A stretch of DNA of 64,000 bases from an uncultured delta proteobacterium (GTDB lineage Bacteria > Myxococcota > Myxococcia > SLRQ01), in the NCBI GenBank assembly GCA_963727485.1, contig CAVSGM010000011.1, forward strand, positions 640,001-704,000, given 5' to 3'. The position numbers were made by a program, and so were the translations under genes. Below the pieces are notes generated by a model, which saw only the letters and a program-made list of their open reading frames with translations, made no database searches and had not been told where the DNA came from. Shown here piece after piece: positions 9,741 to 19,414 of this stretch (the stretch's first letter is position 1; each line of letters begins with the position of its first letter).

Positions 9741-10874
9741 GCGACGACCGCCCGGTGGTGCAGGTCGAGACCGCCCGGGCCCTGGAGGATCTGCTCGAGG
9801 TCCTCGCGCGGTCGCCCCGGGTGGGCGTGGACACCGAGGCCAACGCCTTCCACGCCTACCGGGAGCGGGTCTGCCTCATCCAGAATCTCCACCGAGGCCA
9901 CCGACTACGTGGTCGATCCCCTGGCGGTGGACGTGGCGCCGCTCGGCGACCTCTTCGCCGACCCCAATCGGGAGACCATCTTCCACGCCGCCGAGTACGA
10001 CGTGAGCTCGATGAAGCGGGACTTCGGCTTCCACTTCGAGGCCATCTTCGACACCCAGGCGGCGGCGATGGTCCTCGGCTCGGGGCAGGTGGGCCTCGCC
10101 GGGCTGGTGGAGCAGTACTTCGGCATCCGGCTCCCCAAGGGCGAGACCCGCTCCAACTGGGCGCAGCGGCCCCTGACCCCGGCCCAGCTCGACTACGCCG
10201 CCACCGACACCCGCTTCCTCCTCCAGCTCCGGGCGCACCTCGCCGCCGAGCTCGAGGCCGCCGGCCGGGTCGACGAGGCGAGGGCCCAGTTCGCCCGGGT
10301 CGCGGCCACCAATCCCCACACCCGGCCCTTCGACCCCGAGGGGTTCTTCAAGATCAAGGGCTTCCGGGACCTCGACGCCACCGGCCGGGCCACCCTCCGG
10401 GCCCTCTACCTCGCCCGGGAGGCCCGGGCGGCGGAGATCGACCGGCCCCCGTTCAAGGTCATGGGCAACGACGTCCTGGTGCGCCTCGCCGACCTCCGGC
10501 CCGCGGCCCCGAAGGATCTCGACCAGGTCCGCGGGGTCCCGGCGCCGGTGAAGGCCCGGTGGTCCGGGCCCCTCCTCGAGGCCATCCGCGCCGGGGCCGC
10601 CGACCCCGAGCCGCCCCCGAAGCGCCGGCCGAGGCGCCCGGAGGACGCCCCCGACCCGGAGGCCCTCGCCCGGTTCGAGCAGCTGCGGACCTGGCGCAAG
10701 GAGAAGGCCGCGGCCCGGGGGGTAGAGGCCCAGATCATCGTCACCAGCGGGGTCCTCCGGGCCATCGCCGACGCCCGGCCCCGGACCCTCGAGGCCCTCC
10801 GGGCGGTCCCCGGGGTCGACGACTGGGCCGCGGACGTCTACGGCGCCGAGATTCTCCAGGCCCTCGAGGGGTAG
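9737..10874 (+). CDS. rnd: Ribonuclease D (3'-5' exonuclease + two HRDC domains); frameshift at ~9885
   Basis: TTG start overlapping the psuG stop; VGVDTE, CLIQ, FHAAEYD, FDTQ, SNWAQRPLTPAQLDYAATD. Removing one A at GAATC 9883-9887 joins the two frames. Confidence 0.9.
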
Positions 10875-11080
10875 GGGCGCGCCCGGCCTCGGTGAGGCAA
10901 CGCGCCCCATGAACGGGGGGGCCCTTCCGACCGGTCGTGGCGCCGGGGGTCCGGCGGACCTGGCGGCGCTCGTGATCCCAAGCGCCTGAAACCTGTTGGG
11001 TTTCTGGCGCACCCCCCGGGCGACATCCCCAGATCGGCGCCGGCGTTGACTGCCGAATCGTAACGCGACGTGTCATCGAC

Positions 11081-11109
11081 TTGACACGCACATGCCCGGT
11101 CCCTAGACT
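11081..11109 (+). promoter_or_regulatory. Sigma-70-type promoter
   Basis: TTGACA (11081-11086), 17-bp spacer, TAGACT (11104-11109), upstream of an AGGAGG RBS (11167-11172) and ATG 11184. Confidence 0.75.
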
Positions 11110-11183
11110 CCGCGCGCCACTGGGGGCCCGTTCCTTGGGCCGCGGATTCCGATCGGCGGCGACAGCAGGAGGAGTGCAGGACG

Positions 11184-11420
11184 ATGAATCAGCCCAAGCC
11201 CAACCCGACGCCACTTCCCAACGTCATCAACGCGGAGTCGCGGACCGGTTCGGAAGCCATCCGCAACCTCTTCTGCCCCGACTACGAGAACTGCCTGAAC
11301 ATGGCGGTGAAGCGGGGCTGGCCGTCCTTCTCCTGCCAGGAGTGCGCCCTCTTCGCCGGCGGCGCCGACACCTGGGACCAGCAGATGGAAGGCTACGCCA
11401 CCCAGCGCCGCTTCGCCTGA
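11184..11420 (+). CDS. Small four-cysteine protein (RNLFC-x5-C...W.SFSC-x2-C), possibly metal-binding
   Basis: 78-aa ORF with strong promoter and RBS, host-like codon usage and four clustered Cys. Confidence 0.8.
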   Translation: MNQPKPNPTPLPNVINAESRTGSEAIRNLFCPDYENCLNMAVKRGWPSFSCQECALFAGGADTWDQQMEGYATQRRFA

Positions 11421-11433
11421 GGCGGCGTGCGCC

Positions 11434-11467
11434 GCGGCGCCGTGGCCCCCCGGGCCGACGGCGCCGC
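11434..11467. terminator. GC-rich hairpin between convergent genes
   Basis: GCGGCGCCGT-GGCCC-ccc-GGGCC-g-ACGGCGCCGC inverted repeat; no U-tract. Confidence 0.4.
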
Positions 11468-11480
11468 CCCGGGCCCCCGG

Positions 11481-12317
11481 TCAGCCGTCGCTGTCGGGGG
11501 CTTCGTCGTCCTCGTCCTCGAGGATCCCCGGGTCCTTCATGGGCCGGGCCCGGTCGTCGATCCCCTCGTCCTCGTCGTCCTCGCCCTCGGGCCGCGGCCC
11601 GGCGAAGCCGACCACGCAGGTGACGTTGTCGAGGCCCCCGGCCATGTTGGCGAGCTGCACCAGGGCCTCCCCGGCCTCGGTGGGATCCGAGGCCTGGTGG
11701 AGGACCACGCCGAAGGCCTCCGGGGGCACCATGTCGGTGAGCCCGTCGGAGCACAGGAGGAGCCGGTCCCCGGTCTTCACGTCCTCCCGCTGCTGCTCCA
11801 GGTAGAGGCCCTCGGGCATCCCCAGATGGGCGGCGAGGTAGCGGATGCCCCCCTCGACCACCACGTGGTCCCCGGTGAGCTGCTCCAGCATCCGGCCCCG
11901 GAGGCGGTAGGCCCGCGAGTCGCCGGTGTGGGCCACGAAGAGCCCGTCGGTGTGGACCAGCACCGCCACCAGGGTGCACCCCAGGCCGAACTTCTCGGGG
12001 TCCTCCTCGCCCACGGCGGCGATGGCCTCGTGGGCCTCGGTGGCCAGGCGGACCACCAGCTCGCAGAGGGCGCCAAAGGGCGCGTCCCCGGCGGCGTCGA
12101 GGACCTCGGCGGCGGCCCCGGCGTAGCCGCCCAGGTGGTCGACCGCGATCTGCGAGGCCTCCTCGCCGGCGGGGTGGCCGCCCATGCCGTCGGCGACGAC
12201 CAGGAGGACCCCGGCCTCGGGACGGGCGGGGCGGGCGATGACCATCCGGTCCTCGTTTCCGGGCCGGACCTGGCCCACGTCGCTCTTGCCGGCGGCGACG
12301 ATATCTTCCGGGTTCAC
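11481..12317 (-). CDS. PP2C/PPM family Ser/Thr protein phosphatase
   Basis: SDVGQVRPGNED, VADGMGG, GCTL, HTGDSRAY, LLCSDGL, GGLDNVT; GTG start overlaps the upstream stop. Confidence 0.92.
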   Translation of the reverse strand: MNPEDIVAAGKSDVGQVRPGNEDRMVIARPARPEAGVLLVVADGMGGHPAGEEASQIAVDHLGGYAGAAAEVLDAAGDAPFGALCELVVRLATEAHEAIAAVGEEDPEKFGLGCTLVAVLVHTDGLFVAHTGDSRAYRLRGRMLEQLTGDHVVVEGGIRYLAAHLGMPEGLYLEQQREDVKTGDRLLLCSDGLTDMVPPEAFGVVLHQASDPTEAGEALVQLANMAGGLDNVTCVVGFAGPRPEGEDDEDEGIDDRARPMKDPGILEDEDDEAPDSDG

Positions 12318-13163
12318 GCGTAGGCTCCAAGCACCCCCCGGACCGACGCCCCGTAGGCGCCGCCGAAGAGGTTCAGGTGGTTGAGGAGGTGGTAGAGGTT
12401 GAAGAGGTCGACCCGCGACCCGGCGCCCTCGGGGAGGGGCCAGGCGGCCTCGTAGGCGTCGTAGAAGGCGGGGGGGAGGCTGCCGAAGAGGCGGGTCATG
12501 GCCAGGTCCGCCTCCCGGAAGCCGTAGTGCGCCGCCGGGTCGACCAGGCAGCCGGTGCCGTCGGCCCGGGCGAAGACGTTGCCCACCCACAGGTCGCCGT
12601 GGAGGAGCGACGCCGGCTCGCCCTCGGGGAGGAGCCCCGGGAGCCGGTCCATCAGCGCCTCCACCTGCCCCAGGGTGCCCCGGTCGAGGCGCCCCCGGTC
12701 GAAGGCGAGGCGGGCCTGGAAGCCCAGGCGGTGCTCGGCGAAGAAGACCACGCCGTCGTCGGTCCAGGGGTTCGGCTGGGGAGTGGCGCCGAGGTAGTTG
12801 TCGGCGTCGAAGCCGTGGCGGTCCGAGGTGCGCCGGTGGAGGGCGGCGAGGTCGGTCCCCAGGCGGGCGGCGCCGGCGTCGTCGAGGCGCCCGGGCTCGA
12901 ATCCACGCCAGCACCAGGACCTCGGCGCCCACGTGGAGGACCTCGGGGACCGGGGGGCCGCCCCCGGCGAGGGCGGTGAGGCCCCGGGCCTCCTCGGGGA
13001 ACATGTCCGGCGGGGCGCCCCGGGCGGTCTTGGCGAAGACGGTCCGGCCGTCCTCGAGCTCCACCCGGAAGGCCTCGGCGATGGAGCCGCCGGCGAGGCG
13101 CCGGGTGCCCCGGACCCGGGCGCCGAGACCCGCCTCAACGGCGCTTCGTGGCGTTCGGTCCAC
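12314..13163 (-). CDS. Fructosamine/ketosamine-3-kinase family protein; frameshift at ~12901
   Basis: GGSI, FAK, EARGL, FDADNYLGATPQPN, LLHGDLWVGN, DPA...READLAMTRLFG, LYHLLNHLNLFG. Confidence 0.9.
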
Positions 13164-13656
13164 CCGGGACCTCCCGGTAGCTGCCGTCGAGGAGCCGGTC
13201 GAGGAGCACCTCGCAGGTCCGGTCGACGATCTCGAAGACGGTCTCGAAGCCCCGCTGCCCGCCGTAGTAGGGGTCGGGGACGTCGTCCCAGGGGTGGCCC
13301 TCGGGGTCGAAGGCCCGGAAGGGCACCAGGCGCGAGAGGGCCGAAGGCGGCGCCCGGTCCACCAGGTCCCCGTGGCGGTCCGCGTCCATGGCGAGGAGCA
13401 GGTCGAAGGTGTGGAAGTCGGCGTCGCCGACCTGCTCGGCCTCGCCGCCCATGTCCACCCCGTGGTCGGCGGCGGTCAGGCGCATCCGGGCGTCCGGGGG
13501 CTCGCCGACGTGCCAGGCGCCGATGCCCCGGGAGGCGATGACCAGCCGGTCCAGGACGCCGCGGGCGCGGGCCTTGTCGCGGAGGACGGCCTCGGCCAGG
13601 GGGGAACGGCAGATGTTCCCCAGGCAGACGAAGCAGACGCTTACCGGCTCGGACAT
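13135..13656 (-). CDS. Low-molecular-weight protein-tyrosine phosphatase
   Basis: FVCLGNICRSP P-loop and DVPDPYYG. Confidence 0.95.
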   Translation of the reverse strand: MSEPVSVCFVCLGNICRSPLAEAVLRDKARARGVLDRLVIASRGIGAWHVGEPPDARMRLTAADHGVDMGGEAEQVGDADFHTFDLLLAMDADRHGDLVDRAPPSALSRLVPFRAFDPEGHPWDDVPDPYYGGQRGFETVFEIVDRTCEVLLDRLLDGSYREVPGGPNATKRR

Positions 13657-13717
13657 GGGGCCCGTGTATCAGGCACCGGCTCCCCGCGCCATGCCGCGCG
13701 CGAGGGAGGGTGGGGGA

Positions 13718-14588
13718 CTACGCGGCCCGGAGGCCGAGGATCCGCCGGGTCTCCTCGGGGCTGGCGATCTCTCGCCCGGCGTCCCGGGCCACCTGCGCCA
13801 GCGCCGCCACCAGCGCGCCGTTGGACGACGCCTTCTCCCCGTCCGGGAGGTAGAAGGTGTCCTCGAGGCCGGTGCGCAGAATCGCCCCCGAGCTCGGCGG
13901 TCTTGCGGTGGAGGTCCCAGACCTCCTGGCGGCCGATGCCGATGACCTGCCAGTGGGTCCCCGGGACCATCTCGGCGATGAGCAGGGGCAGCCACTTCGC
14001 CTTGGCGGGCATCCCGCTGGCGACGCCCATGACCAGGGAGACGTGGGGCGGGCTCGGGACCAGGCCCCGGCGGACGTAGAGGCCCACGCTGCGGAGGATG
14101 CCGGTGTCGAAGCACTCGCACTCGGGGACCACGCCGTGCTCCTTCATGGCGGTGGCGAACTGCTCCACCTTGTCCACCGGGTTGTCGAAGAGCATCGGGG
14201 GCCAGGCCCACGCGTCGTTCGCACGGAGCTTGAGGTAGTTGAGCGACCCGGCGTTGAGCGCCGCCATCTCCGGGTGGACCCGCTCGAGGCAGGCCAGGGG
14301 ACCGGAGATGTCCGGGCCCACGACGCCGGTGCTCATGTTGATCACCAGGTCGGGGCACTCGGCGCGGATGGCGTCGATCACGGCCCCGGCGACGTCCGGA
14401 TCCCAGGAGGGCAGGCGGCCCAGGCCCGGCGCCTGGCTGCGGAAGTGGCAGTGGACGATGGACGCCCCGGCGTCCCGGGCGCGACGGGCCTCGGCGGCCA
14501 TCTCCTCGGGGGTCACGGGGACGTGGTGGCGCTCGGGGTCGGTGAGGACACCGGTGAGGGCGCAGGTGAGGATCGCCTTGTCGGACAT
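13718..14588 (-). CDS. Beta-keto acid cleavage enzyme (3-keto-5-aminohexanoate cleavage / DUF849 family); frameshift at ~13881
   Basis: ILTCALTG, VPVTPEE, AGASIVHCHFR, PEMAALNAGS, PECECFD; after the frameshift, RTGLEDTFYLP...SNGALV...stop at 13718. Confidence 0.9.
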
Positions 14589-14629
14589 GGGGGCCTCCTT
14601 CGGGCGGGCGCCATGCTCCTCATCGTTGA

Positions 14630-14641
14630 TTGACAAGTCAA
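14630..14641. promoter_or_regulatory. Palindromic operator-like site overlapping a -35 box
   Basis: TTGACAAGTCAA in an AT-richer patch 42 bp upstream of the ATG at 14588; reads TTGACT on the minus strand. Confidence 0.4.
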
Positions 14642-14723
14642 GCGGTACGGGACCGGGCGCACCCCGGGCGCCGGCGGGCGGCGGCCGCGCCCGGGGCCGT
14701 GGGGCGGGCCCGGCGCGGGCCCG

Positions 14724-15707
14724 TCAGGTCAGCGAGAGGACCCGGCGCTCGAGGCCGTGGCCCCGGTGGACGCCGGCGACGTGGGCCCCGGCGTCGATGA
14801 GCACCTTGAGCACCGCGGTGATGACGTCGGGGGCCCGCCCCTCGGCGCCCTTGAACCGGACGACCATCTCCCGGCGCCCGGGGTCCACCGAGGCGGCGGT
14901 CACCGCCTCGAGGCCCGAGACCGCCCGGCTGAAGGCCTCGTAGCGCTCGGGGGGATCGGCGAGCTCCACCACGAACTCGGTGTCGGCGGCGGTGAGCTCG
15001 TCCATGGGCCCGGCGGCGATGACCCGGCCCCGGTCGAGGATCGCCGCGTGGTCGCAGACCGCCTCGAGCTCGTAGAGGTTGTGGGAGCTGACGACGACCG
15101 TGGTGCGGTCCTCCTTCATCTCCAGGATGAGCTCGCGGACGCTGTGGGCGCTCTTGGGGTCGAGGCCGGCGGTGGGCTCGTCGAGGAGGACCACCTCCGG
15201 GTGGCCGATGAAGGCCTGGGCGAGGCCGACGCGCTTGGCCATCCCGTGGGAGAGGCCCTGGGCCCGGACCTTGCCCCACTTGGAGAGGCCCACCAGGGCC
15301 AGGACCCGGGCCGCCTCGTCCTTGGCCGCCTTGCCGCTGAAGCCCTGGAGGCGGGCGAGGTAGGCGAGGCTGGAGAGGACCGGCGTCGTCGGGGGCAGCG
15401 TGGCGTCCTGGGGGAGGGCGGCGAGGCGCCCCTTGAGGACCGAGACCCGCCGGGGGGAGGTCCCGAGGACCTCGACCACCCCGGCGCTCGGGCGGACCCA
15501 GCCGCAGACGAGGCCGAAGGTGGTGGTCTTCCCGGCGCCGTTGGGGCCGATGAGGCCGAAGACGGCGCCCCGGGGGACGGTGAGGTCGACGCCGTCGACG
15601 GCGTGGACCGATCCGAAGTGCTTCACCAGGCCCACGGTGCGGATGGCCGGGGCGCCTTCGGGGGTCTCGCCCGGGGGCGGCGGGGCGGTGGTCTCGGCCT
15701 CGCTCAC
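14724..15707 (-). CDS. ABC transporter ATP-binding protein (ABC-2 exporter type)
   Basis: GPNGAGKTT, LSHGM, VLLDEPT, SSH. Confidence 0.93.
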   Translation of the reverse strand: MSEAETTAPPPPGETPEGAPAIRTVGLVKHFGSVHAVDGVDLTVPRGAVFGLIGPNGAGKTTTFGLVCGWVRPSAGVVEVLGTSPRRVSVLKGRLAALPQDATLPPTTPVLSSLAYLARLQGFSGKAAKDEAARVLALVGLSKWGKVRAQGLSHGMAKRVGLAQAFIGHPEVVLLDEPTAGLDPKSAHSVRELILEMKEDRTTVVVSSHNLYELEAVCDHAAILDRGRVIAAGPMDELTAADTEFVVELADPPERYEAFSRAVSGLEAVTAASVDPGRREMVVRFKGAEGRAPDVITAVLKVLIDAGAHVAGVHRGHGLERRVLSLT

Positions 15708-16585
15708 AGGTCCTTCCTCCGGAGGGTCACGTACGACAGGAGCGTGAACAGCACCGCGAAGCCCAGGTAGGCCCCGGCGCCGATGAGCTGCCGCCCCAAC
15801 GTGTGGCTGGTGAGGAACTCGTTGTAGGTGAAGGGGATGGCCCAGCGGACCCAGTGGATGGCGTCGACGTGGCCAGCGACCCAGCCGAGGATCCACGCCA
15901 CGAACATCGCCAGCAGCCCGATGATCAGCGCCAGGTAGGGCGAGCGGAAAATCGACGAGAACCAGCTCATCAGGGCCACGAAGCACAGGCCGAGCGGCAG
16001 GGTCAGAAGCCAGAAACGCAGGAGCGGGGGGAACGACTCGGCGAGGCTGAAGTCCGGGACCCGCAAGGTGGCGAAGATCAGGAGCGCCACGTTGGTGAGC
16101 ACCGTGATCCCCAGGAAGAGGGCCATGTTGCTCATCAGCTTGCCGGCGACCACCGAGCCCCGGCGCGACCGGAGGAGCACGAAGCGCAGGCCCCGGCTCT
16201 GGATCTCGCCGTCGATCTGGTCGTAGCTCATCAGGGCGATGAGCAGGGGCAGGAAGGTCCGGCTCACCCAGAAGAAGAAGAAGACGATGACCGGGATGGA
16301 GATGAGGTAGGCCGCCTGCTTCTCGTCGCCGACGAAGCGGGTGACCAGGTCGAGGTAGGCCTTGTGCTTGGCCTGGGCGATCTGGTCGGCGCTCAGCTGG
16401 CTGGCCATCTGCCCCATCTGGCTCTCGACCATCTTGGCGATCTTGGCCTGGACGGTGACCACCACCGCGCCGCTGGCAAGCGACGCCAGGGCGTAGAGCG
16501 CCAGGAGCACGATCCCCTTCACCGAGCGCAGGGCGCCCTTGAGGTCCTGTCCGGCGATGACGAAGGTCTCACGCAGTGCTTCCAC
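15704..16585 (-). CDS. ABC-2 type permease
   Basis: About six hydrophobic segments; GEIQSRGLRFVLLRS..RGSVVAGK motif; GTGA overlap with the ATPase gene. Confidence 0.88.
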   Translation of the reverse strand: MEALRETFVIAGQDLKGALRSVKGIVLLALYALASLASGAVVVTVQAKIAKMVESQMGQMASQLSADQIAQAKHKAYLDLVTRFVGDEKQAAYLISIPVIVFFFFWVSRTFLPLLIALMSYDQIDGEIQSRGLRFVLLRSRRGSVVAGKLMSNMALFLGITVLTNVALLIFATLRVPDFSLAESFPPLLRFWLLTLPLGLCFVALMSWFSSIFRSPYLALIIGLLAMFVAWILGWVAGHVDAIHWVRWAIPFTYNEFLTSHTLGRQLIGAGAYLGFAVLFTLLSYVTLRRKDL

Positions 16586-16701
16586 TCGGCCTCCAGCGGG
16601 GGTTTCCCCGGTGCGGCGGCTACCGTGTCCGACCGCCGGCCCGGGGTCAAGGGTCCGGTGACCGCCTACGCCCGCGCCGCCCGCGGCATTTCAGGGCCGC
16701 G

Positions 16702-18201
16702 TCAGCGCCCGAGGCCGAAGATGTCGCGGATGCGGCGCATCAGCCCCGCGGTCCCGTTCCCGTTGCCGTTGGAACCGGCGTGGGTCGGCTGGCCGGCGGC
16801 CTTCCGCGCCGCCTGGCGCTTCTCGAGGATGGCGGCGAGCTCGGTGGCCACCTGCTCGTTGGCCAGGAGCACCTCCCGGAAGGCACCGCGGCCAATCTCC
16901 AGGAGGACGGTGTCCCCCTCGGCGGCCATGGTGGCCGACCGCGGGGTGCCCGTGAGCAGGGCCCCCTCGCCGAAGATCTCCCCGGGGCCGATCCGGGCGA
17001 CCACCTGGCCGTCGTCGCCGAGCATCCGGGCGCCCCCGGAGAGGACCAGGTAGCAGCGGTCGCCTTCGTCCCCGGCGGCAAAGACCCGCTCCCCGTCGCC
17101 GAAGACCACCTCCCGGCTGCGCTCGGCGAGGACCTTCTGGCCCTCTTCCCCCAGGGGTGCCAGGAGCTCGGAGCCGGCGAGGTAGCGCTCGATGTCCGCC
17201 CGCCGGCGCTCGCTCTCCCGCTTGCGGTCCTCGGCCCCCTCGGTGTGGAGCTTCACCGTGCGGATGGGGAAGGGGATCTCCAGGCCCTCCCGGCGCAGGC
17301 GGTACCAGAGGGTGGCGTTGACCCGGTCGAGGGTGGTGTAGCGCTGCTCGAAGGTGTCGACCCAGAAGCGCACCATGTAGCTCACCGACGAGTCGGCGAA
17401 GCCGGTGAGGCGCACCTGCGGCTCGGGGTCGGCGCGCACCGCCGGGTCGTCCCGGAGGACCCCGAGGACGACCTCCTTCACCCGGTTGGGCGGGGCGTCG
17501 TAGGACAGGCCCAGGTCCAGGCGCACCCCGGTGATGGTGCTCGGCCGGCTGTGGTCGGTGATCGCCTCCCGGGCGATGACGTTGTTGGGCACCGAGATGA
17601 GGTCGTGGGCGAAGTCGTCGATCTGGGTGGTGCGCCAGCCCACCTGCATGATGCGCCCGGCGAAGGTGCCGAAGGTGACCCAGTCGCCCACCTCGAAGGG
17701 CTTCTCCGCCTGGAGCGAGAGGCCGGCGAAGAGGTTGCCCAGGGTGTCCTGGAGGGCGAGGCCGAGGACCAGGGAGAGCACCGCCGAGGTGGCCAGCAGG
17801 CTCGCCAGGTCGATCTCCAGGACCGAGCGGAGGATGGCGACCAGCACCAGGACGTAGACCACCCCGAAGACCACCTGCCGGACGATCTTGGGGCTGTGGC
17901 GGCCGGTGCTCCGGCCCACCAGGAGGTCGAACACCAGGCTCGCCCCCAGGCGCAGGACGCCCCAGGCGAAGACCAGCAGCCCCGCCACCTTCACGTAGTC
18001 GGCGAGGTGGGGGCTCGAGGACTCGACCACCGCGCGCAGCAGGCGCAGCCCCAGGAACACCGCCATCGCCACGATGCTCGACACCAGGCCCCGGCGGACC
18101 TCGCGGTTGCGGACCGGGATCAGGGCCAGGGCGGCGACCACCGCGATGGCCACCGCGACCAGGGCGGTGCTGTAGGCCTCGATGAGGGGCGCCAGGTTCA
18201 C
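16702..18201 (-). CDS. MscS family mechanosensitive channel with C-terminal cyclic-nucleotide-binding domain
   Basis: GLALQDTLGNLFAG, PFEVGDWV, VPNN; cNMP motif GEIFGEGALL..PRSAT. Confidence 0.92.
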   Translation of the reverse strand: MNLAPLIEAYSTALVAVAIAVVAALALIPVRNREVRRGLVSSIVAMAVFLGLRLLRAVVESSSPHLADYVKVAGLLVFAWGVLRLGASLVFDLLVGRSTGRHSPKIVRQVVFGVVYVLVLVAILRSVLEIDLASLLATSAVLSLVLGLALQDTLGNLFAGLSLQAEKPFEVGDWVTFGTFAGRIMQVGWRTTQIDDFAHDLISVPNNVIAREAITDHSRPSTITGVRLDLGLSYDAPPNRVKEVVLGVLRDDPAVRADPEPQVRLTGFADSSVSYMVRFWVDTFEQRYTTLDRVNATLWYRLRREGLEIPFPIRTVKLHTEGAEDRKRESERRRADIERYLAGSELLAPLGEEGQKVLAERSREVVFGDGERVFAAGDEGDRCYLVLSGGARMLGDDGQVVARIGPGEIFGEGALLTGTPRSATMAAEGDTVLLEIGRGAFREVLLANEQVATELAAILEKRQAARKAAGQPTHAGSNGNGNGTAGLMRRIRDIFGLGR

Positions 18202-18210
18202 GGCGGGGAC

Positions 18211-19341
18211 CTAGAGGAAGGAGTAGCCGAGGCCCACGGTGAGGTGGGTGGAGACGCCGCCGCCGTAGAGCTCGAGGTCGAGGTCGGTGAGGATGGCGAA
18301 GTCCTCCCGGCCGAAGACGTGGAGGGGCCAGTCGGCGCCGAGGACCGCCCGGAAGCCCAGGGGGTTGAAGCGGATCCCAGGGCCCACGTAGAGCTGCACG
18401 TAGGGGAGGTGCCAGAGGTGGATCCGCAGGTCGATGCGGGTGGCGCCGTGGGCGAGGGTGCCGCCAAAGAGGTTGCCCTCGACCCCGACCGAGGCGGCGA
18501 TGTCGAACCAGGTCACCCGGAGGAGGCCGAAGAGGTCGAAGCTGCCCCCGGGGCCGAAGCCCGAGCCGCCGGCGACGTTCCAGAAGGCGGTGCCCCCCCG
18601 GGCGTCGAGGCCCAGGGTGAGCCGGGGCCGGCGGTGGCGCAGCTGCGGGGGCAGGGCGCTCTCCGGGGGCGGTTGGCCCTCGGCGGTGGGGGGCGTGGTG
18701 GCCGCCGGGGGCGCGGTGCCGGCCTGCCCGGTGACGGCCGGATCGCCGGCGACGAGCTGGTCGACGAGGCCGGGGATCACGTCGAGGACCGGCTCCAGGG
18801 TGGTGGCGTTCTTCACCCGGCGGCTCACCCGGATCACCGCCTCGGCCTTCTCCGTGTCGAGGAGGTTGATGCTCACCAGGACCGAGCTGCCGATCCGGGC
18901 GAGGGTGCCGTCGAGGAGGCGGCGGGCCCCGAGGGATCCGGCGATCTGGGCGAGGCAGGCGCTGTCGTCGTTGCAGCCGAGGAGCTGCTTCTGGGCCTGG
19001 AAGCCGAGGAGGGCCTTCACGTCGTCCGGAGAGAGGACCTGGTAGACGCCGCGGCCCTGGAGAGCGTCGAGGAGGTAGGCGGAGACCGCCTGGGCCTTGC
19101 CCTTGTCCACCCCGGCGAGAGGGCGCAGGCCCAGGTAGGCGAGCTTCACCCGGTGGGGCGTCGGCGGGGGCTTCGCGGGCGCGGTGGCGGTCTTGGGGGG
19201 CGCGGTGGCGGTCTTGGCGGGCGCCGCGTCCGCCTGGGTGGGCGGCGCCTCCGCCGCGGCCGGCAGGGCCAGCGCCAGGCACGCGCAGGTGAGCGTGACC
19301 CCGACGCCCCGACCTCGCCACCACCACCGTGCTTGATCCAT
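18211..19341 (-). CDS. Exported protein: CsgG/TolB-N-like domain plus C-terminal beta-barrel-like region
   Basis: Signal peptide, KTATAP repeats, LLGCNDDSACLAQIAGSLGA motif common in myxobacterial exported proteins, terminal GLGYSFL. Confidence 0.7.
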   Translation of the reverse strand: MDQARWWWRGRGVGVTLTCACLALALPAAAEAPPTQADAAPAKTATAPPKTATAPAKPPPTPHRVKLAYLGLRPLAGVDKGKAQAVSAYLLDALQGRGVYQVLSPDDVKALLGFQAQKQLLGCNDDSACLAQIAGSLGARRLLDGTLARIGSSVLVSINLLDTEKAEAVIRVSRRVKNATTLEPVLDVIPGLVDQLVAGDPAVTGQAGTAPPAATTPPTAEGQPPPESALPPQLRHRRPRLTLGLDARGGTAFWNVAGGSGFGPGGSFDLFGLLRVTWFDIAASVGVEGNLFGGTLAHGATRIDLRIHLWHLPYVQLYVGPGIRFNPLGFRAVLGADWPLHVFGREDFAILTDLDLELYGGGVSTHLTVGLGYSFL

Positions 19342-19414
19342 GGCAGAGGCGTACCACGCGGCCGCGGGTGCCGTCAGCACGGCGCGTGGGACCGGGGGTC
19401 CGGGGTGCGGACCG

